Of a DNA stretch of 64,000 nucleotides, positions 53,672 through 64,000 are shown one piece after another. The notes beneath the pieces are model-generated. The model was not told the DNA's origin. It made no database searches and saw nothing but the letters and a program-made list of their open reading frames with translations. Within the stretch, counting starts at the first letter, position 1, and each line of letters opens with the position of its first letter. Source of the stretch: Octopus vulgaris. Taxonomy: Eukaryota. Location of the stretch: contig OX597828.1 of the NCBI GenBank assembly GCA_951406725.2, positions 69,874,001 through 69,938,000 of the forward strand. The letters are read 5' to 3'. The position numbers and the translations under genes were made by a program.

Positions 53672-54058
53672 CCTACGGCTGCTGCTGTGCTGTTGAGCGA
53701 ACGGTCTTCGTCCCAGAGCTCGCAAGATGGGAGAAGTCCGAAACGTGGTCCTTTGCTATTCGTAAGACCCGCAGAAGAGAAAGCAGATCAACCCCCGACA
53801 CCGAGAGCATCGACGGATGGATGAATGCGCATCCAGACTCAGGGGTTGCACAGGAAGTCAGGGACAAGAAACAGGAAGAAAGAGTGAGAGAAAGTTGGAG
53901 CGAAAGAGTACAAGAGAGGTCTCCCCCCCCCCGCCGGAGCCTCGTGGAGCTTTAGGTGTTTTCGCTCAATAAACACACACAACGCCCGGTCTGGGAATCG
54001 AAACTGCGATCCTTCGACCGCGAGTCCGCTGCCCTAACCACTGGGCTATTGCGCCTCC
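53672..54058 (-). mobile_element. tRNA-derived SINE with the same head/body as 12851-13030 but a different tail (type 4)
   Basis: The reverse complement of 53870-54058 matches 12851-13030; 53672-53865 is unrelated to 13035-13216. Confidence 0.8.
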
Positions 54059-54458
54059 TACTGCTGCTGCTTATGACGCACCACGTTCAACACCTGATGC
54101 TGTCTATCGTTACCACTCACAACAGTTGATGCAGGAATCCATCGATACTTTCCGCCACAACAATGGATTACTGCCAACGATACTTTTTCTCCGAATCTTT
54201 GGGTTATTTTCTATCCTATATTTGATAACGGGAAACTTACCTAAAATATCATAGAAGCATTGAACAACAATAGCTTGCTTTTTTCCTTATTTATTGGCAT
54301 CGCCTTACATATCTTATCCAACTTCTCACTCGAATTGCTTAAAGCTCTTAAAAATATTTATAGCAGTTTCTTAATTTTATGTAATGCGATTCATCATAAA
54401 AGAGTTACTGTTCAAAGAAGTCCCGTCAATATATTGAAATAATTAGAATTAAAGAATA

Positions 54459-54715
54459 TACGAAGGTGGGCTGAAAAGTTTAGTGGCCGATTATGAAGGA
54501 GGGACGTTGGAGCTGTAAAATCTTGCATGCATTAATTTCAATGCTTCTTATTAATCACTGCATTGTTTCTTTCCAGATAAACTGATTTCTGACCGTTCGA
54601 AGAAGCCTTCAAAAGTAACGCTTCTTTTGAAAATGAACAAAATTTGTCATCGTGCTTCTATCAAATACCTGCATAAAAATGCTTTCGTCCCCAACAATAT
54701 TCATATCGACATGAA
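54459..54715 (+). mobile_element. Mariner 5' fragment
   Basis: tacgaaggtgggctgaaaagt end; MNKICHRASIKYLHKNAFVPNNIHIDM resembles a transposase N-terminus. Confidence 0.55.
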
Positions 54716-54956
54716 CTTTCCTGTCTACCCTCATAGTAGATACTCCTTGGTCAAATTCTTCGATACCAATTTAGATTTAACTACTGGTAAATAGTTCTTT
54801 TATTGGTAGACCTAACGGGAAACTCACAGTGAGGTAACCAACAAGTATTGGTAAGGTACCGTAAATATGCGAGTACGAAATCCAATTTAAACCACAGATT
54901 CGACTCTGGGGTTGGTCCTTGCTGTGACGTAGGTATAAAATGTAAACACAAATGGC

Positions 54957-55055
54957 ATTTAAAATTTTCAACAGCTGTTTTGGTAGAATTTTATTCATGC
55001 ATTCATAGAAAATTGCGTCATTACATAACATCTACCATCAGGTAAAATTTTAAAA
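54957..55055 (-). ncRNA. Degenerate hammerhead with long stems I and II
   Basis: Minus strand tttaaaattttac-ctgatg-gtaga...tctacc-aaaa-cagctg-tt-gaaaattttaaa. The core is damaged (short CUGAUGA box, G12 lost). Confidence 0.45.
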
Positions 55056-55094
55056 CGGTAAAAGATTTTAAACAGGTGAGATATTTTAAAATCG

Positions 55095-55150
<56 letters not shown>

Positions 55151-55514
55151 TATAGATACATACACACACACACACACGTGTGTGTGTGTGTATCTGTTTA
55201 TGCAGTTATTGACTTATTTCATTCATTAATTTGTATCACTCACACATATGTTTGTAATCATTTAATAAATAGAGACAATCGAATGTTTACTGGCTGATGT
55301 TTGTCCTCTCCATTTTCTTATTTGCTGTATAAATCCCGGGTAAATTTCTAATTTACCCCCACCTATACCTAATACTCAATTGCAATATTACCATGCAATA
55401 GTAAGCACTTGGCTATAAACACTTATGTACACATCCAGTAGTATATTGGATATTTAATATCCCTTAGACGGTTTCTTAACCTCTAACTCATACAGAAATA
55501 TAAATACATATATA

Positions 55515-56200
55515 CACGAGGGAGTACCCAGAAGTAACCGGAAACGTTCTCTGTGGGACAAGTCCGTTGTAATTCAGGCTCCTGCCGCTAGAAACCACTT
55601 GATGCGGCCTTCAGGCATCAGTCTGCCGATCGACGTCATCCGGTGGAGTCGTACTGCAACGTGGGGCGTCTTTGTTTTGCAGCACTTTTCCCCAGTTCTT
55701 CGATTTTTGCAATGGCTGAAACGAAGGATCAGGGTGCTTCCGTGAAACTGCGTTTTCTGCTGGGGAAAACTGCGGGCGAAACAGTTGTCCTACTTCAAAC
55801 AGCTTATAATGACTCTGCCATGAGCAAAACACAAGTTTACGGGTGATTTTCACGCTTTCAGGAATGGTTAGTTGTCGCTTGAAGACCAACCTTGTTCAGG
55901 AACGCCGTCGACTTGCCGAACGAACGAAAAAACCATGAATAGTCATCGTGGAGGATCACCGCCGAACAACTGACGAGCTTGTTGGTATGACTGGTGTGTC
56001 CTGGGGCTCCTGCCAACGAATTTTGAGCGAGGAATTGCGAATGAAAGGATTACAGCAAAATTTGTACCTCGCTTGCTCACAGAAGACCAAAAGCAGTCAC
56101 GACTGAATGCGGGTCGTGAAGTTGATGCGGACCTTTTTTTGAAGGTCATCACTGATAACGAAAGCTGGTGCTACGGAATTTGAAGATGTGGAAGAGGTGG
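55515..56200 (+). mobile_element. Mariner transposon relic (deleted, frameshifted)
   Basis: TA-cacgagggagtacccagaagtaaccggaa end; GKTAGETVVLLQTAYNDSAMSKTQVY, KFVPRLLTEDQKQSR and KVITDNESWCYG. Confidence 0.75.
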
Positions 56201-56931
56201 ACTGAAGTCGAAAAGACGAGGCTGCGAAGCGAACTTCTAAACAAAACACTCATGACACTGCGCACCATATACACGTGTGTGCGTGCGTTTCTGGGTGCGC
56301 GTGTGTGTGTGCCTTGGTGCGTGTGTGTGTGTGTGTAACTATGGATAGATAGAGAGAGAAGGAGAGAAAGAGACTGAAAGAGAGAGGGAGAAGGAGAGAA
56401 AGAGAGAAAGAAACTGAAAGAGAGAGAGAGAGAAAAGAGAGTGAAGTCTAAAGGCAGATGGCTAGATACATAGAGATGATGAGAGGGATCGAGAGAGAAA
56501 CGTAGAGACAGAGAGAGAAAGACAGACAGACAGAAGGCAGACAGATAAACAGACAGACAGATAGTAAGAATCGTCAAAGATTGCAGCCGACCCCGTTCTT
56601 ACATTGATGTATACAAACACCCCAAGCATCTACTACAATGACTCACCTTCAGAATCTGTGTGCAATATATATACACACCCTGATGCCTGTATATATTTCA
56701 CACCCTGATGTTTACACACAATTCTAGCTGAATCTACAACTTTCGCTGCTCCACCCTTTCTCCTCCACTCCGTCTGTCTGCTGGTCCACCCAGTTGTCAA
56801 GCTACCCTACATCTATCTGTCACATAGTCTCTCTCTTCTCTCTCCCCCTCGCTCACTCTTCCCTACCTCTCTATCTATCTATCTGTCTGTCTGTCTATCT
56901 ATCTACATCTGTCTCCTTTTATCCTTTCTTC

Positions 56932-56990
<59 letters not shown>

Positions 56991-57124
56991 GTTTGTCTAC
57001 ATCTATCTACCTATCTATTTTTCTTTCCTTTTCTCTAGCTCAGTTTTCATGTCTCTCTATCTTTCTCTATACTCTACCCTTCATTTATTACATTTTCTCT
57101 GTTTTTTCGTTAACTACCTCCTCT

Positions 57125-57173
<49 letters not shown>

Positions 57174-57439
57174 ACCAAAACATCATGGCTATAACTCGTT
57201 GGTGTAACCCGATGTTCTGGTGATCTGATGAACCAACTTTCTTTATCTGCACTGGTTTGTGAATATACATTTGCATTCCATAAGGCATTTCTCTGAAATT
57301 ATTGCTTCACGAAGAAGGCTACGAAACGCCTGTAACCCTAAAGATATCAAATGGTTAAATAAATATAATCACGTCTCACACCTCCTCACTTTTTATGAGT
57401 AACACACACACATACATACACACATACATACATACACAC

Positions 57440-57950
57440 ATGGTGGCTGCCCCCTCGTTATCGAGTATGGCCATTGCACGAAGCTTAATCAATGTTGTTA
57501 TCATGCAATGCCTGTGCAAGAAGATTTTTTTTAAGTGAGGAAAAGCTGTGCACAGAGTCAATTCCACTCACTAAGCAACAGCAGCCATAATCCGAAAAGA
57601 AGAACAAGTCAACATCATCGGTAACCACTGAGCCTCAGGTTACCTTCTCCTAGAAGGATGCCCTAACAAAGGCTAGGAGTCCTTCACTCCCAATGGTTTA
57701 ACCGCGCGATCGGGTATTCAGTCCGATTATTTCTATGCCCCCACGCATGATACAGCCTTAAGAAATTTATTGGATGGCCGTTGACTCTCAAGAGTTCCTC
57801 CGCCCTTTGTTTTTCATTCCGCAGAGTGTCCAATAAACACCCTCCTCACCAAGCAAGCTTGGTAGGGTTGCCAGTTTAGTCGCCGACGACCCGACCTTGC
57901 AACAGGTTGTACTGGGTTACATGTTACCGTTAGCACTCGAAAGTGACCTA
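57440..57950 (-). mobile_element. Probable RTE-type LINE 5'-region / non-autonomous derivative
   Basis: GC-richer block between microsatellites with ccttctcctagaagg and tttagtcgccg motifs reminiscent of RTE 5' UTRs. Confidence 0.3.
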
Positions 57951-58653
57951 ACATACATACATACATACATACATACATACATACATACATACATACATAC
58001 ATACATACATACATGCATACATACATACATACATACATACATACATACATACATGCATGTATACATACATACATACGTACATACATACATACATACATAC
58101 ATACATGCATACATACATACATACATACATACATACATACATACATACATACATACATGCATGTATACATACATACATACGTACATACATACGTATGTAT
58201 GAGAAGACACATTGCGGAACTGTTATTTTAACGAGCTATACTATTTATCACCCGAAGAGACACTCCTGAGCCAGTTGTTAAGTATCCTGCCCGCGAGGGA
58301 TCGATACTAGATGTGTCGAAACATACATACATACATAGTTTGTTGGGTCTGGAGTAAGGTGTAGTTCCAAACGCTGTCGCAAGACCCCAAGACCAGTGAA
58401 ATTGGTGCCATCAACATTGAAATCCTTGCACAAAAGACATGAACATAGAAGGAACACTACAAGACCGATTTTCAGATTCTAAACCAGGAGCATAGCGATC
58501 GGTGCTTAGCCAATGGAATTGGCGCTACTCGTCTTCCTCTTTCTTGTCGCAACAAGGGTGACGAGAGAAGAAAGGTGTAGCGGACTAAGAATGAATAAAT
58601 GAATATACTACGTGTTAAACGAACACAAGAAGCTCTAAGAACTCACTCTAAAG

Positions 58654-59340
58654 CAGTGGTTTCCAACGATCTTTTTAGCTACGAAACCCTTTTGGTTCCT
58701 AATCTAATCGGTTGGACCCTCATAGACATTCGATGTTTTAAAAAATCACATATTTTTATGATTAAATATTAATAAAAAGACACCCTTCGGACATAAATGA
58801 CCATGGGATTGCACCAAGTAAGTTCCTCTCAGGGCAAGGTTGTTTGTGGAAGACCAGCAATCACCCATGCATACCAGCCTCACCTCTCCACGCCACCGAT
58901 GTTATCCGAGGGAAAGGCAAAGGCCGATACAGCTTGAGACCAGTGACGTTGCAACTCGTATCTACAGCTGAGTGAACTGAAGCAACATGAAATAAAGTGT
59001 CTTGCTCAAGAGCACAATACACAGCTCGGTCCGGGAATCAAACTCATTACTTCATGATTGTGAGCTCGACGCTTTAACCACTGAGCCATGTACCCTCACA
59101 AATATTAATAGGAATTGTATTAAAAAATTGTTAAATATTTTGTGTATTGTAAAAGTATAAACAATTTATTGAAGGTAAATTTTAAGAAAATCTTATATGA
59201 ATCCCTAAGGACCATATCGATTGTCATGACCCATGTAGACCCACAAGGGCCATATGGATCCCCAAAGGCCATATCGACTGTCAAGGGCCATATGGACTGT
59301 CAAGGACCATATTGACTGTCAAGGTCCGTGTAGACCCACA
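58654..59340 (+). mobile_element. hAT/Charlie-like MITE with a nested SINE and a ~19-bp minisatellite (59205-59340)
   Basis: cagtggtttccaac end preceded by ctctaaag (NTCTAGAN-like target); repeats of aagggccatatggactgtc. Confidence 0.5.
58775..59099 (-). mobile_element. SINE family R (tail type 3) with an 11-bp TSD
   Basis: aaatattaata at 58764-58774 and 59100-59110; body matches 34362-34708. Confidence 0.85.
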
Positions 59341-59492
59341 AGCGGGAACAGGGGATGCAAGGGTCACAGGTGCATCCCCTAAAATTTTTGGTAGACAACG
59401 AAAACATTTTGAAGGTCCTAGGTTGGACTTAGGTTTGTACCCCTAAGTAAATTTCGTTCCCCCGCTTATGACCATTTAGCAAAGTAAATGTT

Positions 59493-59596
<104 letters not shown>

Positions 59597-59887
59597 CGTG
59601 CGTGATTGTATGCGAATAACAACTATAAAAGTAGCCGATATCTTCATTCAAACTTACTGTAGTTAATTGAAGAAGAAGCAGATGTATACAGGGCTTTCAA
59701 TGTTGTCGTATATATACATTCATCACTATACACCCGTCTCTCTACACCCTCCTGCTTCTTCTCTATCTTGACCTTGTCTATTGTTTAAAAATAACACAAA
59801 ACTAAAACAGTTGGAGGAAATGTGTAAACATTAACATTCCACAGAGAAAAATAAATGGATGGAATATGAGTGCGTGCATATATATAC

Positions 59888-59957
<70 letters not shown>

Positions 59958-60223
59958 GTATACACATATATTCATACTTACATAAATAAATACATACATA
60001 CATACATACATATATACATATATATACAAACACACACACATATATACATATATATATACATATATCTATACAAACACACAATTATTTATGTGTATGTATT
60101 TAATGTAGGTATAAATGTATGTATGTATGTATGTATGTATGTATGTATGTATGTATGTATGTATGTATGTATGTGTATATATATTTCCGTGAATCTATGA
60201 TAAAGGGTATGTATTCATGTATC

Positions 60224-60267
<44 letters not shown>

Positions 60268-60279
60268 TATATGTATGTA

Positions 60280-60487
60280 TTCTTTTATTCTTTTACTTGT
60301 TTCAGTCATCTGACTGCGGCCATGCTGGAGCACCGCCTTTTGTAGAACGAATCAACCCCAGGACTTATTCTTTGTAACCCTAGTACTTATTCTATCGGTC
60401 TCCTTCGCCGAACCGCTAGGTTACGGGAAGGTAAACACACCAACACTGGTTGCCAGGCGATGGTGGGGGGACAACCAAAGATACACA

Positions 60488-60490
<3 letters not shown>
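60280..60490 (-). mobile_element. SINE family K, 3' half
   Basis: Matches 18445-18655. Confidence 0.8.
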
Positions 60491-60555
<65 letters not shown>

Positions 60556-60564
60556 GAGAGGGGG

Positions 60565-60609
<45 letters not shown>

Positions 60610-60671
60610 TTGGCACTTATGTAAAATTGAAGGCCCGTGTCTTAGTGGTTAGGGTATTTTAGGCTAACGTA

Positions 60672-61736
60672 CGAGGGGCGTTCAATAAGTAATGCCCCTG
60701 ACCCACTTGCAGTTGTTTGATCTAGCTAAAATTTTGCATGTGCACTTATTTATACCTCTATAGATTAAGTGGCGAATTACAGCTCCCAGATCTGGTCGCC
60801 CCCTTCTGTCGTTGATGAGACGTCTGTCCGTCAAGTTGAGGCTGCCATTTTGGAAGGTCAACGCATAACTATTCGCCAAATAGCCCATAAGGTCAAGATT
60901 AGTACCGGGTCTGTGGAAACTATCATTCATGACCATTTGCATATGCAAAAGGTGTCTGCCAGATGGATTTCCAGGTTGCTCACACCTTTCCAGAAGCAAG
61001 AACGCGTTGAGTGCTCGAGGATGAATTTGGAGATGTGCCAAGAAGATGAGTCAAAATTTTTCAAAAGACTGATCACACAGGATAAAACCTGGGTCCATCA
61101 CTATGATCCATAGACCAAAGCCCAGTCAATGCAGTGAAAGCACCGTGACTCACCTCCTCCAAAGAAGGCAAGAGTGCAGTCCTCCGCTGACAAGGTTATG
61201 CTCACAGTCTTCTGGGACCAGGACGGAGTAGTGATGACAGATTTCCTGGCAAAGGGTACCACAATTACAGGAGCCTATTATGCTTCACTTTTGAGGAAAT
61301 TAAGAGTAGCTATCAAAATCAAGAGGCGGGGCAAGATCAGCAAAGGCATCCTCCTCCAGCAGGACAACGCTCCGGTCCACAACTCGCGTGTCGCCAGATC
61401 AGAAGCACAGGCGTGCGGCTATGAACTCATCCCCCCATCCCCCCTACTCTCCTGACCTTGCACCCTCTGATTTTCACCTCTTCCCAGCCATGAAGTTGAT
61501 TTTGAAAGGAAAGCGTTTCCCAGATGATGCAGCCTTGATTTCTGAAGTCACGTCGTGGTTGGAGGACCAAGCTGGGGTCTTCTACAAAAACGGTCTCCAG
61601 AGCTGTATCAAACGATAGGAGAAATGCATAACTCTGAGTAGTTCCTATGTAAGAAAAGACTAATAACTGTGCCAAGTGTCGTTGCTCTACTGCTATGGGA
61701 AGTGGGTCAGGGGCATTACTTATTGAACGCCCCTCG
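60672..61736 (+). mobile_element. Mariner (DD34D, irritans-like) element with both TIRs, internal 5' deletion and pseudogenised transposase
   Basis: Perfect TIR cgaggggcgttcaataagtaatgcccctgacccactt with TA duplication; ARWISRLL, TQDKTWVHHYDP, QDNAPVH and HPPYSPDLAPSDFHLF; stops and frameshifts. Confidence 0.95.
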
Positions 61737-61998
61737 TAAGGTCGTGAGTTCAATTCTCGGCGGTACCTTGTGTCCTTGAGCAAGACACTTTACTTCACGT
61801 TGCTCCAGTCCACCCAGTTGGCAAAAATAAGTAGTATCTGTATTTCAAAGGGTCAGCCTTATGCCTTGCCACATTCTGTGTCATGCTGAATCAACTTGAG
61901 ACCTACGTTAAGTGTACGTGTGTCTGCGGAGCACTCAGCCACTTGTATGTTAATTTCATGAACAGTTTGTTCCGTCGATCGGATCAACTGGAACCCTC

Positions 61999-62251
61999 GG
62001 TACTTTTTTGGTTATCTCGCCCCCATAAAAAATTTGGGTTTATGTTTCGACAAGGGATTGGATTAAAAGGGTTAGATCCATTTAGTTGAATACTTCAACA
62101 CATTATTGACTTTTGGCCTCCTCGGTAGCCATGCTATGATTTGTTATAAAAATATTATCAGGTTCAATAAGATGTCTCATCTTTTCAGCTTTCCTGTTTA
62201 TTAAATTTTTCTTTTTTGTTTTTAATGGGGGTCAGATAACCAAAAAGGACT
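61999..62251. mobile_element. MITE with ~30-bp TIRs and an approximate 8-bp TSD
   Basis: gtacttttttggttatctcgcccccataaa versus the reverse complement of the right end, gtcctttttggttatctgacccccattaaa; flanks gaaccctc / taaccttc. Confidence 0.65.
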
Positions 62252-62754
62252 TAACCTTCGTCGTCGTGACCGACGGAATGCCAGTTTTGTGTGTATATAA
62301 AGTATGTACGGATGCATGCCTGTAGTTGTGTGTGTGTGTGAGAGTGAGAGAGTGTGAGAGAGAGAGAGAGTGTGTGTGTGAGAGAGAGAGTGAGAGAGAG
62401 TGTGTGTGTGAGAGAGAGAGGGTGAGAGAGAGTGTGTGTGTGTGTGTGTGTAACAATGTAGCAATAGGTTGCGTAGGTTCCCATCCATCAAATGACCTCC
62501 ATGTTTAGAACTGCTGACACATGTTAACACTAAACAACTCGGGTCACCTGACATGATCTGATGTGTTTTGGTTTTCGCTGTTCGCCAGGAATTTAACGGT
62601 TTATGGCACCAGCTTGGTTGTTGGTCTCAACTTGTCAGTGTACACTGGCTGATAGCAACAACAACAACTACAAGAACATCAACGATGACAGCCAACAACA
62701 ATAACAACAGCAACTGCAACGGCAATAACAGTAGAAGAAACAACAACGACGATA

Positions 62755-64000
62755 TTAGGTTGTCAAGAAAGTTCTTGTGGAATTTTAAATTTTCGTTTTA
62801 AATTATGTATTTTCAACTTAATTTTCGTTAAATTACTTTGACTTTATATATCATTTTAAAGCCCGTTTTTCGCTCTATTTAATCGTGCTACTCTTTTTCT
62901 TTTTGAATATTTAGGCCATTTTTTCCGGAACATTGAATACAACATGGACAAAAAACAAATTTGCGCAATTCTCTTATTCCAGTTCAAGCTAGCCCGAAAA
63001 GCTGTTGAAAGAGCTCGCGATATCAACGATGTGTTTGGCCCAAGAACCACTAATGAACGTACAGCACAATGGTGGTTCAAAAAATTTCGTAGCGGTGATG
63101 AGAGTCTTGAAGATGATAAGCGTAGTGGTCGGCCATCGGATGTTGACAACGATCAACTGAGAGCCTTAGTGGAAGCCAATCCACGCACAACTGTTCGAGA
63201 GCTTGCTTCTGAATTAGACGTAACGTACACAACAATTTCCAAGCACTTGAAAGGGATTGGAAAAACAAAAATACTTGAGAAATGGGTGCCGCACAAATTG
63301 AAGGACAACCAAAAAAATAAAAATAAAAATAAAAAAGCGCCGTTTTGAAGTGTCGTCTTCCCTTCTTTTAAGCAACAGGAACGACCCGTTTCTCAACCGG
63401 ATTGTGACTTGCGATGAAAAGTGGATTTTTTACGACAACCGGCTCAGTGGTTGGACGCCGACGAAGCTCCCTCCACGGCACTCCCCGAAGACAAAGTTGC
63501 ACCAAAAGAAAGTCATGGTGATTGTTTGGTCGTCTGCGGCCGGTCTCATCCATCACAGCTTTTTGGATCCAGGTGAAACCATTACGGCGGAGAAGTACAG
63601 TCAGTAAATGGATGAAATGCATAAAAAACTCCGACAACAACAGCCAGCATTGGTCAATAGAAAAGGTCCAATTCTTCTCTACGACAACACTCGGCCACAC
63701 GTTGCACAACTGACCCTGCAGAAGTTGAACGAATTGGGCTACGAAACTCTGCCTCATCCACCATATTCACCAGACCTCTCGCCTACCGATTACCACTTTT
63801 CCAGCATCTCGACAACTTCTTGCGTGAGAAATGCTTCAAAAAACCAAGATGATGCCATACACGCCTTCAATAACTTCATCGCCACCAAAACGCAGGATTT
63901 TTATGCTACTGGCATAAATAAACTTGTTTCGAGTTGGCAAAAGTATGTTGATTCTGATAGTGTTTATTTCGATTAATAAAGTTTTTTGTTTGAGCCGAGA
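62755..64000 (+). mobile_element. Mariner (cecropia/Hsmar1-like) element; transposase pseudogene 62944-63976; right end beyond the window
   Basis: TA-ttaggttgtcaagaaagt end; MDKKQI..., WFKKFRSGDESLED, WVPHKL, IVTCDEKWIFYDN, DNTRPH and HPPYSPDLSPTDYH; frameshifts and stops. Confidence 0.93.

Larger units (their letters stand above)
60630..62283 (+). mobile_element. SINE family R (tail type 1) interrupted by a mariner and by a MITE
   Basis: Head 60630-60671 resumes at 61739; tail ggaaccctc at ~61998 resumes as gtcgtcgtgaccgacggaatgcca at ~62260. Confidence 0.75.

Noticed and set aside
57215-57345. CUGAUGA ... GAAACGCCUGUA
   Set aside because: Stems I and II are not convincingly formed.
59205-59340. 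Regularly spaced ~19-bp repeats (CRISPR-like at first glance)
   Set aside because: Contiguous degenerate minisatellite without unique spacers, in a eukaryotic context with no cas genes.

Overview
Eukaryotic, microsatellite-saturated, repeat-dominated DNA. The SINE families and repeat density look like an octopod cephalopod (Octopus) genome; this is inferred from recall, not from a search. No intact host gene is evident, only one weak candidate exon at ~31.4-31.7 kb. Nearly all ORFs in the supplied track are simple-repeat artefacts. Real coding remnants are a 5'-truncated, frameshifted Penelope-like element (RT + GIY-YIG, Neptune-type; 26.0-28.5 kb), older PLE relics, mariner (DD34D) and maT (DD37D) transposon relics, RTE and RLE-type LINE relics and a Tigger-like relic. 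A non-autonomous Helitron, MITEs and many copies of three SINE families are also present. The main hidden signal is a set of about a dozen hammerhead-ribozyme (HHR) motifs in short non-coding elements, mostly sitting in or next to (TA)n/(CA)n tracts and often as inverted repeats. They include a canonical full-length type I HHR (41.3 kb), a three-copy family with a natural compensatory C3G/G8C core swap (44.9 and 49.8 kb) and HHRs with very long stem II. A three-hairpin RNA module with variable loops and compensatory stem changes recurs in three diverged copies. All ribozyme calls are manual motif and pairing reads, not computed folds or assays.
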